Assembly (NCBI RefSeq): GCF_000143415.4
Contig: NW_003314272.1
Location: 1,806,374-1,870,373, forward strand
Length of the DNA: 64,000 nt
Source: Selaginella moellendorffii
Taxonomy: Eukaryota; Plantae; Lycopodiophyta
Direction of reading: 5' to 3'
In this document: piece after piece, positions 12,103 to 24,619 of the stretch
Layout of the letters: every line of letters starts with the position of its first letter
Numbering within the stretch: the first letter of the stretch is position 1
Notes under the pieces: generated by a model
Database searches by the model: none
Told to the model about the DNA's origin: nothing
The model's input: only the letters and a program-made list of their open reading frames with translations
Translations under genes and position numbers: made by a program

Positions 12103-13322
12103 ATGGCAGCAGCTGGCTATGGCGGAGGAGGAACGATGCAGCAGCGGCGTGGCGTGGCGGGCAGGTACCAATCTCTCTTCTACAGAGACTTGAATCTCGC
12201 CGCCGCCGGCACTCGCGCTTCCGGGGCGCAATCCTCCTCGTCTGGAGCGGCGGGATCTTCCTCCTGGCGCGACAATGTAGGCGGCGGCGCGGATCCACCG
12301 CCTCCGCCCTGCTTCACGCTCGAGGACCGCATCGATCGCACCCCGTCGGAGACACTGCTGCCCCCTCCCGCCGCCGGCGAGTATCGCTCCCCGGATGGAT
12401 TGGCTTCCAGATTCTCGGACAGCAAATCGCCTCTCAAGACTCCGCAATCCGGGGCGTCGAGAAGAAGCGGCGGATTGTTTGGAGATTTCCAATCCCCCGG
12501 GTTCGCTCCTCCATCCTCCTCGCCGCCCTCGGCGTGGTGGTCTTCTTCGGCGGCTATGAGGGATTGGAGCGGCCATAGCGATGGCGAGCGAGAGAACTTA
12601 CATACTGGCACCACTGGGATCCATCACCACCATCTCCATCACCAGGCCGAGCCACAGTCCGGGCTCCTCACGCTCCCGGCTCCTCGCCAGATCATTCGTC
12701 CGAATATCCAGAGAAGCGCTGCGTTGCCCGACGCTGGGGAAGAAGGAGACGAATGGGTGACAATCTATGGGTACGTATAGAACACTTCCATCTCTTTGGC
12801 TTTGTTCTTGTTCTTACTGCTATCTCGTTGTAGTTTTCCCGGAGAGGACACCAACTTAGTTCTTCGAGAGTTCGAGAAATGCGGTCCAATTATCAAGCAA
12901 GTTGCCGGCCCCGCGACTTCCAACTGGCTCCATATCCAGTACCAGGTCTGTCGATTCAACTCTAGACGCTCTTTCTTCTTCTCGTGATGATTTTATTTTT
13001 TTCCTGTTCTTCCTTCCAGTCTCGGCAGGACGCACAAAAGGCGCTGGCGAAGAATGGAATGCAGCTCTATGGAGCGCTGATAATCGGTGTCAAGCCCGTT
13101 GATCCGTTGCAAAGGCAAGCGTTGATGGACAAGGCCCAGAGGAGCTCGGGGCTTTCGGTGCCACACCCAAAGGCCTCGGCCAAAGGAATGGCGTCCGCTC
13201 AAACAGCTGCTCGACCGTATTACCTCCACTCGGACTCGTCGCTTGCTCGACCAGCTTCGACCATCGCATCGCCCACGAAATCGCTACTGTCTAAGGTGGT
13301 GGATCTGGTGTTTGGGTTTTGA
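12103..13322 (+). CDS. NUP35: Nuclear pore complex protein NUP35/NUP53
   Basis: YQSLFYRDL, PPPPCFTLEDR, Nup35-type RRM (EWVTIYGF...NLVLREFEKCGPI...NWLHIQYQ...AQKALAKNG) and amphipathic C-terminus KSLLSKVVDLVFGF*. Confidence 0.93.
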
Positions 13323-13355
13323 CTCGTCGCTTTTATTTGTGAGTGAGGCGAAAGC

Positions 13356-16300
13356 TCAGCTATCTTCGGCAGCTTTAGCTTTCAGGACCTCGTATCTCCA
13401 GCCATAGCCCGATTGGCTGCCATCTAAGTAGAGGACTGCGGTGTGGTACCTGGAGAACAGGCATTGTGATTTTTAAACTCAAAAAGAGAACTTGATGAAC
13501 TTGACGTGTGTGGGGACTTACTTCATCAATGCGGGTCGATGAGCGATCGAGAGCATTGTTATGCCTCTCTCGTGTAATTGCCTGTAGAGCTTCTCTTCAC
13601 CATCGGCGCTCACGGCGGACGTGCACTCGTCCAATACAGCAAACCTGCATGAATTTCAATTGGAAGGGCTAATTTATAGAGAGCTGCTTACTTGGGGTTG
13701 TGGAAAAGCAGCCGGGCAACTGCAAGGCGTTGCTTCTCTCCTCCAGACAGTGTCTCCTCCCAGTTCTAAGTGACATATACAAGTTTTAGTTCTTCCAAAC
13801 GGCTGCTTCTAAAAGAACAAAGACGAACCTGGTTCTGGTCCAAGCCATCTCCACGGTGAACCAAGTAGCCAACCTCCGTTGCATTTAGTGCCTCCAAAAC
13901 ACGAGCATCGTCTGGATGCCTGTCATTCTTGACGGTGCGGCAGCCTTGGGACCAAGACTTCTTGTCGGATTTACGTGTCAGCGTCAGGGGTAATGCTGGA
14001 TATCGAACTTGATCTCTCAGTGTACCACGCACGAGGTATGGCCTCTGCAAAAATCCAATTTTTTTAGTACGATACACATGAGATTTTAAAAATGTGCACA
14101 TACTTGTGAGAGGTAAAAAACGCCTCCACCTCGTGGCGGTCTCGTTATTGTGCCATTTTGGAGAGGCCAGAGCTCAGCCAGCACGCGAAAAATTGATGAC
14201 TTTCCACTGCCGACACGAGATTATCAAAATGAAACGGTTTCCTAAGTGCTAACCTTCCATTTGGACCCATAATTATGATAGAGTGACCTGGTAGCAGCTC
14301 AAAGCTCAAATCCCGAACCAATGGAGTGCCATCAGGTGCTGAGATGGTGACGTTCCTGAACCTGAAACCGCAAGCATTAGCATTTCCAAACAAAAATGCT
14401 CAATTACTTTATGCTATCTCCATAAAGAAGGCGGGGTGGATTTTGAACAGATGATTCTTGCTCAAAATGCCATGACAATCGCCTTATGTGGCTTGCACGA
14501 AGTCGGCCTTCTCTTGTGCTCAGTTGTTTTACCTGCAAGAATAGCGCGGTTGTAGTGAATTTTAATGAACAAACATACCGATTCCAGGAGCTCAGAGACA
14601 CGGGAGGAATGTCCAGCAAGTGCCGTGACTCTCTTATAAACTAGGACCAGCTGGCCTATTGCATTTGATGTGCTCTGTAAAAGGGAGATTGAAGGAGCAT
14701 AAAAGTGGGAACTTAAGCATTACATACCACCATCAAACGCAATGACCTTATGTAATCGCCACTTGCTATTGTCGCATCATGTCTCTGCGAGAAAACCAGT
14801 GATGGATATGAGAACCGGGTATCGAAACAGATGAACACACCTGCTTGCTGTAATAGAAAGGAGCAGCATATACGCAAATTCCCACAATAGATGCAGCATA
14901 TTTGATGAGATAACCATCAGCAACCTAGTATGGTGAACCAGCCTGTTAGAAATAATAGAAGCATTAACAAAAAACAGAAGGCAAAGACCAGGGTAGTCCT
15001 CGAATCGATTCCGACGGGTCAGGATTTACCTGCTGAATAAATCTTTGAAATGCTGACAATCGAGAGTGACGTATCAGCCGGTAAAGATGGTCATTCAAAA
15101 TCATGCGCTCCGTATCTCCGCCAGGAGGGTCATTGAAAGCTATAGCTTCGGCATTCGCAACTATCCTAAAAGATCAGTACACTTAAACCAATATTTCGAA
15201 AACGAAAAAGCGACGGACCTTTGATGCGCGTTCCTAAAGTTTCCGCTCAAAGCAGCCTCTTGTGCTGTCATAAGAGCAAGAGGAGGACTTACACTCCGCA
15301 AGAAGGTTGAGCAAAACAGAAAGTACGCATAAAGTAGAAATTGCCCCTTGTACCTGAACAAACCTACCGGATTAATCAAAGAAAACATCGTAGCTTCACT
15401 TACCCAATGGTCTTCGCAAGGGAACGCGTAAAGACGATGATATCCAACACAGGTTTGAACGTATACGAGTAAAGCTCACTAATAGCCACAGAAAACTTTG
15501 CAACATCTTCCGTGATGCGCTGCAGATCAAGAGAAGAAGATTGTGAGCAAAAAAATACAAAATCCATGAGCTAATTCACCTGGTCAGCGTTAGATAAACC
15601 CCTCAGTGTCGAAGCTACATAATACACGCGATTCGTCAAGTAGCACTGGTGCAAATGCTCTGCAAGACGTTGTTGAAACGCAAGACTGATGATTGTCTGT
15701 CGTACATCCAATAAGAAACCATTTTTCCTACTAAAATCACAAAGTTTGCGCTTTACCTGCATGTACTTTAGGCCACTGTTGACAATTGCTGCTGGAATCG
15801 CTACTCGAGCGAATCCCATTAAGTTAGTGCTGAACAGTGACCAATCCTGGGAAAGAAACAAAACCACGGAAAAAAACTTGAAATGGTGTTCTCGATGCAA
15901 GAAAACTTTACCTTGGAAATTACAGATTGGCCGGTCACGCCTTCGATGCTTGCCATTTGCTCTGACCAAGCACGAAGAACCACGAAAGTCAAATTCGCAA
16001 GCCATTTTAATCTCAAGCACACCTGTTAAACGTGTTCTGCTGTATAGAAGTAACGTCTGGATCACAATGAAGAGCACCTCCCTGGACTTGATCGACGGGA
16101 TGCAAATTCTCAAAATCTCGACAAGCCGCTTGGCAAAGAGGCCATCGACCGATACCTGGATCACAAACGAGCAATAATTCGAGCGAATGAGCTCCTGGAT
16201 CAGCTCAAAACCTACGCGATCGATTCACCTTGGGGCGCCGGGACAGGAGCTGCATATTCTGCCTGGAAGTGGCGCTCTCGCACAACTCCCATTGCTCCTT

Positions 16301-16411
16301 CTGGAACGCCTTGATCCGCAACTGGAGCAGCTTGCTGCCGGCGACGATCGAGCCGCCGCAGAGCAGCGCCACGCCCAGCGCGCGCTGCCGCTGCGTGCTC
16401 ATGGCAGCCAT
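13356..16411 (-). CDS. ABC transporter subfamily D, half-size (one TMD + one NBD), PMP70/ALDP-like, many short introns
   Basis: VDGLFAKRLVEILRICIP, NADQRITEDV, EAA-like NAEAIAFN, Walker A GPNGSGKSS, QRPYL, signature LSGGEKQR, Walker B FAVLDECTSAVS and H-loop SIAHR. Ends KAAEDS*. Confidence 0.9.
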
Positions 16412-16812
16412 CCCAAGAAATCAAAGCCCTAGACGTGGGGCGTGCGTCATCGCAGCGCCCTAAAATCCAGTTCTATCTCTATCCATTCTCAAACTTTCTT
16501 GAAGAGGCGCTTTCCCAGAGTCCTCGAGTAAAAATGTGAGGTGGCGGCGCCACTTGGACGCGAGCTGCCGTGGCTTACTCACACGACGCCATGTGGACGC
16601 TCTCACGTAGAAGTAACTCAATGCAATCAAGCACGCCAAAGACTTTCGTTGCAACCAAAAAAAAAAAGAAAAATCGAAGGGTGATTAAGAAAAAAAATTC
16701 CTGCGATGACACACAATCTTTGGAGAAAGATTGAGAACGAGAAGAGAGACAGCAAATCTGTAGAAGATAAAGAAAAAATCTATACACGAACGATACGAGG
16801 ACTGTGGAGAGC

Positions 16813-18032
16813 TCAGAACGTAATGAGATCGTCGCTGTTCTTGGTGTTCTTCTTGCTGGAACTGGAGCTCTTGCCGCCGAAAACCAGCTCGTCCAGCTTG
16901 TCGATCGATGCCGATCCTTCTTCTGTGGCGTTTTGCTTCTGGCGAGTTCGTACCAGGGATTCCTCCGATGGACCCTCTTCTTCGGCGGCGGCCGCGAAAG
17001 TTGGAAGGGCTGGCTGCGCTGCCTCCGATGGAGCTCGGCCGACGAACAGGTCCTCGAACTTCTGCAACACTCGCTGGAGCTCGTCGTTAACTTGGAGGCC
17101 CTCGAACATCAAGCTTTCGTTCTCCGGCGACCCCTCCAGCAGTCTGTGCACGCTCAGCTGGGACTGGCGGCACTGCTCGACCAGCGCTCTGGTGAGATCA
17201 TCCTAAAACGACGAGCAAAGAGTATGAGAAAACAAATCTCCACAATAAGAGAATTTTTCTCACCTCGAGAGCCTCTTTCTGCGGTGATGACGACAACACG
17301 GTTGACAAAAGCTCGCTACTGTTGCGAGCAACATCAAAAACTTCCTTTGGATCCGCCTTGGGGTCGCTTTGAGCGCGAGCCAACGATGAGGACTGGATTG
17401 GAGCCGACTGTGGCGGGGTGAAAATCGGAGCGAGGCTCTCCTCGTCTCTTCCAGGGAATCTTATGCCTCTCGACCGCAAGCTCTGTAGAAAAGAAAAACC
17501 GACAAAGAAAAAATCATTGACACAGACTAGAAAAACTGCCACATACCTTGTAAGTTTCTTCAAACACGGGTAAGTACCGTAACTCCTCCGTGGCCTCGCC
17601 CCACGACTCGATCATCCTTAGAATCTTATCCCGGTTCTGCGAGCTCGTCTGGGGATCGTCCACAAGCTTCACCATCTCGTCCAGCACCTTCTCGGAGGCC
17701 ACCTCGGCGAACATCTTCTCGCAGTTCTTCACGCAAGTCTCCAAAAGTACCAAAGCCAGGAGCTGCACCGCAGGACTCTTGGAGCTCAGCCGCTTCTTCA
17801 CGCCCCTCATAACATCCTGTCCGGTGAGACCCTCGGCATTCACCATGTCACAAATCTGCAAGTTCTTGCCCCAATCCGGAGAAAAGCCGTTCTTTTCCGA
17901 GGTCGCCTCCTCCACGAACTTGTCAGCCTGGCTCGACCCCTGAAACACCTCCTTCATCTTGTCCCCGAGGCTGTTCATCCTCTGGCTCATCCTGCCACCA
18001 AGAGCCGCGAACTTCTCCCGAATCTCCGACAT
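16813..18032 (-). CDS. TOM1-like (VHS-GAT) endosomal sorting protein
   Basis: VHS: PDWGKNLQICDMVN...LLETCVKNCEK. Also GRDEESLAPIFTPP, GAT LMFEGLQVNDELQRVL and C-terminal DDLITF*. Confidence 0.93.
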
Positions 18033-18454
18033 CTCTCCTCCTTCCCAGATCTCAAAAACCTCGGCGCTGTGACTTCCACTCCACTCACCGACTTGCTCGC
18101 TACCCTGCCCGCTGCCGACTCAAATCTATCAGCTACTTGTTCCTGCGAGCTCCACCTCCTTTTTAAATTCGTTTCTTCGCGTAGCCGCTGACGACCCAGA
18201 AGCTGTCACAAAAGCCTCCTAGGATAACCAAAAAAGCTTTCGTGCTTTTCCGTGCTTTCCCTGCTTTCCCTGCTCCTACTTTTCTTCGTTAGTGTGCTGC
18301 TGAGTGTGCCGATGCCAAAGCTTGACCGGCGATGCAATGCACCCTATAGGGAATCCTCTCGTGAATATTCTCCCATAGTAGAATATGCCACCACCTTTTC
18401 TCGTCGTAATTTTCCTCACAAACCATCGACCGGTGGTGAGAATCAATTCAGCGA

Positions 18455-19361
18455 TCATTGTATTCCACCTGCAAGAAAAAAAACATTCTATCAGCAATTC
18501 AATCGCGAAAGAAAAGAGGATCTTACCCTCCGAGTCTCCCAAAGTTCCCTGGCAGCTCTCCGAGACGTAGTCGCAAGCTATGGCGCCTTTCCCTCCATGG
18601 AGCTGCGGCTGCGAGCTCGTAGAGTCGCCATGGAAGCACGGGACGTCGGCGTCGCACGGGACGGACACGCTGTTGAGGTAGAATCCGCCGGAGAGCGCCT
18701 GGAGCTGCGGAGAACACTCGTCACCGTTCGCAGCGGCGCCGCCGCCACCGCCGCCACCGCGGCCATTCGTGCTGCATGGCCGCTTGAACGGGAAGCACCC
18801 GAGCTCCGCGTCGATCCTCCCCCGGAACTCGGACAGGAGAGCTCGCAGCCTCGCCACCTCCGCCTCGAGCGCCGCCTGGCCCTGGAGCCTCTTGACAAGC
18901 TGCTGGTTGAGCGCTTTGAGCTGCGCAACCTGTTCTTCGAGATAGGCGGCGTGAGCCTTCTTCTTCTCACGGTACTTTCGCACGGCCTCGCGGTTCCCCA
19001 GCGGCCGCTTCTTGCTGGATTGCGGCGCTGCGGCGGCGGTGGTGGCGGTGGTAGCGGCGGTAGCAATGCTGCCGGGACCTAGAGCTTCAGAGCCTGGGCG
19101 ATGATGGTCTTCTTCCTCCTTTTGGTGCGAGGAGCCCTCCTCCGGCGATGCGAAGAGCTGCGTGTGCGTGTGGAAGCAAGTGTGCGTGTGCGTCTTGTCC
19201 GGGCCGGGAGGATTGCAAGTGTGAGTATGCGTACAAGTGTGCGTGCTCTTGAGGATCTCGTCCAGGAAGCTCTCCATGGCGCTGTGGTCGTCGTCACATA
19301 CCAGATTGGAGGCGCCGCAGAAGATATCGTGGTCGGAGAAATCCACTTCGCCATCGTCCAT
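18455..19361 (-). CDS. F-group bZIP transcription factor (bZIP19/23-like zinc sensor)
   Basis: MDDGEVDFS, Cys/His-rich CTHTHTCNPPGPDKTHTHTCFHTHT and basic region KKRPLGNREAVRKYREKKKAH plus zipper. Predicted 58-nt intron 18469..18526 before the last codons. Confidence 0.93.
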
Positions 19362-20523
19362 TTCCTTGGATTGCTTTCTCCTCTTCGTCCTCGCGACAAC
19401 CCTAAACCCCCAATGCAGGGTATATTCGCGGAATGATCACGTACCCATGCCATGTTTGAATTTTTGTGGCCGCTGGCTCGCTAGGGTTTTAGGGACGATG
19501 GCGGCCGCGCTTTGGCGCTCTCCAGCCGCGCGGATCGTCTCCCAGGTACGAATGAATCGGCTCCTCGATCGCTTTATTCGTTGTCACGGATATTTTTTAG
19601 CTGCGATGCGAATCTCGCCTGTTGGGTGTTAGATTGACAGGCGATCGAATTGATTTCAATCCGATCGCGAGATTTCTAGTGCTCTCACTGCTCATGAAGG
19701 CATCACAAGCATTTTCTTTTGTTGTCACTCGAACAAACGGCGGTAAGAAATTTTATTGTTTCTGTGCAAGCACTTAATATTGTTCTAGAGTGGAATCTTT
19801 TTGGCACTCGTCCTGTTCTATCTAAAGTGTTCGCTGTGAATGGAGACGGAACTCAAAGGTGTTGTCTCTTTTCTATTTCTCTACGCCGTTACTTCGTATG
19901 CCATGAGTTCCTTGCGGATGTTGGACAATGCATTGGCTCCTTTTTGTTTCACTTTTTCTTAGGCTTTGACGACCGCCAGTGAGGTTTTGCAGGATCAGCA
20001 AGGAGCTGGTCACCGAAGATGGAGACTATTCTCTTTTGCGGCTCTTTTTCCTTTCATCTCAACCTGCGTGAGGACGAGAAGCATCTAATCCTACAGTAAG
20101 TGTGAGCATTTCTTCTGCTAGCTTTAAGTTTCGTATTACAGCGACCCAAGGTACACGTTTTTCGTTTTTCATTCTCGTGCCGGAATAACGAATGGCGCTC
20201 TTTTTTGCTGCTGGAAATTCGTAATTCAGATGAACAGTGACGAAGAAACTTATGGACGTAAATCCGAGCCATCAAAATCCGTTCCAGATCTCGTACACTA
20301 TCCACGGAGATTTCGCAGATATACTACATTCAAAATTTTCTGGCAATCGGGCTCTAGGGCTTTCCAAGCGCGAGTTTTTGATTCTGGGACCGGTTCTAGA
20401 GTCGCCCACGACAATGCCGCTGCCAGGATTTTTGGTATGTTCTCGAGCTGATTTTGCCGTTACTTTCCCGTCTCTGACTCGATCACAGGTGTTGTGATTG
20501 ATTTTCCGGCCCAAGTTATTGCA

Positions 20524-23060
20524 ATGGCTGGAAGTTGCTTCAAAAAATTCGGAAACAAGAGGAGCAAGCAAGCTCGGAAAAGTCTGAAATTCATATCCAG
20601 GTACCTTTCGATTAACCCGGCTGAAGAAGCATTCCCGATTGTAGCAGAATACTCCGGGGTTGCATTGTCTTTCATCACTCTCGGGACGTTGATAAGACGA
20701 TATCACGGCAGAAGGAAATTGACCGTTTTCAACCGGAAGCGCCAGAAAGCAACAGTAAAGTTCCTGGTAAACAGAGCAATGGAAAGACTACGAGATATAG
20801 CCGCTAGAGCAAGCATGCTGGAGAAAAGGATCTCCACAACTGCTGACCCAGCTGAGCTTCAACGCCAGCTCGATGAAGCCAGGGTCAGGAGAACTGAGGA
20901 TGCAAAAGCCAACGAAAAAGTCATGGCGATGTTTTCAACACAAGAGCAGCGCTGGAAGAACGAGCAGAAAAGATTGAAGGAAGTGATCGAGACGCTGAGG
21001 AAAGAGCTGACCGAGTGCATTAGACGTCTTCAAGTTGGGACTGACACCAGCTGCTTGCAATGCAAGGAAAAGAATCTTATGATCAGCGATCTCAAGGGCC
21101 AGCTAAAGGAAAAAGATTTCTTGATGGCTGCCGCTAAAGAAGATGGAGATATGGAACGCAGTGAAAAGTGCGAGCTCGTTCAGAAGCTGGCTACTGCTGA
21201 GAAAATGGTCGACAGATGCCAAGAAACTCTTGTTGCTGAGGCCAAAGCTCGTAAAGCCGCCGAAAGTATGGTGGAAAACTTAAGAGCAAAAATGGCTGCT
21301 GAGTTTGAAGTTCACGAAGCTGCTGCCGACGATCTGAAACAAAAGATATCTGCTGAGGCTGAGACTCGTGGTGCAGAATGTGACAAGCTCAAAGAAGAAC
21401 TCAGAGTTCAGGAAGACGTTTTGGCAACAGTGTTAGCAAGGATAAACACTCTAAAGACAGAGAAAAGCGAGCTGTTAGAGAAGCTGGACTCAGCAGCGAA
21501 GGACAACAAGATTTCAGGGGTCTTCGCCAGGCTGCGGCGATTTGACGTGCAGGCAGCACAACAAAGAGAGCTCCACTCGTACGCGGAACAAGTGGCAGAA
21601 CTGGAAAAGCAAGTTAATTACTATCAGCAGCGAGTACAACAGCTTGAAGAGTGTGCTCTACTGCGCTTGGATCAGTTTGACATTCGGAAAGATGGTGACG
21701 AGGAATGTTTAGACAACACTCTTTCCATCAGTCCAGCAGGAACAATTGTTGAAGTCTTTAATCTCAACGCTGCGAAGCATTTACTGGCGCTGTACATAGA
21801 TGCGGAACGCGCAAGGGACCTTGAACTTAGCCGGTGGAGAAAACTCTATTCCGCAGCGAAGATGGCTATGAATATGGTGCAAACAACAAACTCGTATCAA
21901 GGTACATGTTTGATGAGTTCGTTTACGTGACCCTGAAATGAACCTTTGCTTTTTACAGAAGCGGCTCCCAACGATTCAAACATCAAGCAGTACATCGAAG
22001 CCGCTAAAGCTCAGCATACAGCAGAACTAACTGGCAGACACTGCCACGAGATCGACTCGTTTGAGCGGCATATGAAGGCTAAGGATGAGAGGATGGAAGG
22101 TTTGCGAATGCATTTACTCTCACTGGAGCAACAAATTAAGGCAAGGGACTCGCAGCTCAAACACATGGCCAGTCTTTTAGATGCTGAAGCCGCCATGCGA
22201 AAGGAAACAGAGTCCCTGATACAGGAAACAAGGCAGCAGTTGCAAACGTACTTGAACAAACCAACGAGTCGTTCTAACAGAAGATCAAACAAGGAGCCAG
22301 AGTTGAACGTGGAAGGAATTCTGGAGCCGGACGAAGCTGGGCTCCACGGAAAGGATTTGCAGCTTGCATTCGTTGAGGCAAAGATAGTCCAGCCGCAAAT
22401 GCGGCACGAGGAGGTATTCCAAGAGAAGGATCAACCATCCGTAAGAACGGAGAGGTCGACAGAGCAGAGTGAGAGTCAACAATTAACATCTCGTCCCAGG
22501 ATGCAGGAAGCTTCAGAAACAAACAGATCAGAAGCTTCGACTTCTTCAATGATGGTACGCTTGGTGTTTAGTTTCTCGTTCTCAGACACTGATACTCACA
22601 GGAAACTGAGAAGAACAATCTCAATCCAAATCCGGAGTAAGTCGCGTCGTCCATTCTTTTTGTCGTAAAATCACGGTGTGATGAACAGGACGGGTCTAGC
22701 CAGCATTCTCGAGAAGCAACTTCACGAGTACCATGTCCTCTTCCAAAAAATCAACGATCTTTCGGTTTGTGATTGCAACTTCCTGTGCCAAAGTTTTCTA
22801 ATCTTTGACCACAGGCACAGGCCGAAAAGCCCGTCAAGACTGGCTCGATCTCGCCATCTTCGTTACTTCCAAGAGCTCTTGAGCTCCAACACGAAGTCCA
22901 AGCCTCGGGAAACAAGCTCTCGGCGATACAATCCATCTCCAGTTTCATGGCTCCATCCAAAGACGAGGAGCCATCTCGAGTGTTGAAAGAACACTTAGCG
23001 CAAATCCAGAAGCGCCTGGAGATGAAAATCGCGAACTTGCTGGGGAGGTTCATATCGTGA
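20524..23060 (+). CDS. Long coiled-coil protein resembling the plant family annotated 'RNase P subunit P38-related'; start codon uncertain
   Basis: RRTEDAKANEKVMAMFSTQEQRW, RHCHEIDSFERHMKAKDERMEG and C-terminal IQKRLEMKIANLLG. Long ORFs joined by GT-AG introns. Confidence 0.7.
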
Positions 23061-23321
23061 CCGCTAAACCACTCGGTCAATCCTCACCGTTTATGTGGCA
23101 GTGCTGACTTGGCAGCACGCGATTGGGCAGTACACAGCATCCACGGTGGTATTTCCTCCACGTGGTCCCATATACCCTAATCGAGCCGTGACGCTGCTTG
23201 GGCTTGGCGCTGGAAAGATCGTCATGAGCTAAATGCTCGCCAGAGGTAGAATCGCAGGAACTAGAATCGCCAGAGGTGGATCGTAGCGCTAGGAACTAGA
23301 ATCGCTAAGTGTCTAGAGAGA

Positions 23322-24372
23322 ATGGCGCAATTGGTAGAGGAGTGGTACAGGCAAATACCTATCATCACGCGCTCCTACCTCACATTGTCTGTGCTCACTA
23401 CTGCTGGTTGCGCGCTAGAGGTAAAATCTCTTCTCTTGTTTGGAGTGTTTGGAGTGTTTTCTCTAATTTTTTTCTCTTTGTTCTTTTTTCTGGTGCGTGT
23501 AGGTGATCTCACCTCTCAATGTATACCTGAACCCAATGCGCGTTGTCAAGCACTACGAAGTCTGGCGCTTGGTCACAAACTTCTTCTACTTTGGTCGACT
23601 TGGTGAGTGGCTTCTCAAGCTTTTGTTTTGGCGAGTGATTCTCAACTCTCTTTTTATCTCTTTTTTCTTGATCTTTGTTTGTAGATCTCGACTTTCTCTT
23701 TCACATGTTCTTCCTCGCTCGGTACTGCAAACTTCTGGAAGAGACTTCGTTCCGGGGAAGAACGGCCGACTTCTTCTTCATGCTGCTCTTCGGTGGGAGC
23801 CTGCTGACGCTGATCGTGGTTCTCGGCGGCATGGTTTCTTTCCCTTTGCCGTTTGCCGAGATTCTCTTCCTGAGTAACTCCCTCACGTTTATGATGGTAC
23901 GCCAAACATGTTAATTCTTGTGAGCGCATTGTCGTTGTTCCGTGCTGACTTTGTGTGCCTCGTTTTCCAGGTGTACGTCTGGAGCAGAAGGAATCCTTAC
24001 GTACACATGAGCTTTTTGGGCCTCTTCAGCTTCACCGCTCCTTACTTGCCTTGGGTAAAATAGTTTCTCTTCCAGCGTTCTTTATCTCAAATCACGCAAT
24101 GGTTCCAGGTTCTCCTTGGCTTCTCTGTAATGGTGGGAAGCAGCCCCTGGGTCGATCTCCTCGTAAGCTTTTCTCTGCCAAAAGACTTCAATCTTTTTAA
24201 TCTCCTTTCACAGGGAATGGCCGCTGGTCATGTCTACTACTTCCTCGAGGACGTCTATCCCCAAATGACGGGCCGGAGAGTGCTCAAAACTCCCGGTTTG
24301 ATCAAAGCGTTGTTCCCGGAAGAGATTGTGGTCGTCCACAGGCCTCCCGCGGTCGCTGGAGCTGTCCATTAA
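23322..24372 (+). CDS. DER2: Derlin-2 (ERAD rhomboid pseudoprotease)
   Basis: [52 protein letters not shown] and [12 protein letters not shown]. Confidence 0.96.
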
Positions 24373-24619
24373 GTCGAGAACTCAAATGGAAGAAGGGTGG
24401 AGCGAGGCGAAAGCAAGAATGAAAGAAGGAAAGGAAAGCCATGTCTCGCTCGCTCGAGAAACAAAGCTTGTAAAGAACACAAAGGTTTTGGCTTAATTAT
24501 CGACTAATCGTGATTAAGGGCTAAGCAGTGGCGGTTTTGTGGCTAAGCAAGAAAGGCCAATGGGAGCCTGTTTTTAGGGCAGGGTGTGGAGTGAACGGTG
24601 AAGATCTGTGAGGGGCGCG

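Noticed and set aside
23322-24372. U12-type intron in Derlin-2
   Set aside because: All five donors are ordinary GT sites without the RTATCCTT signature.
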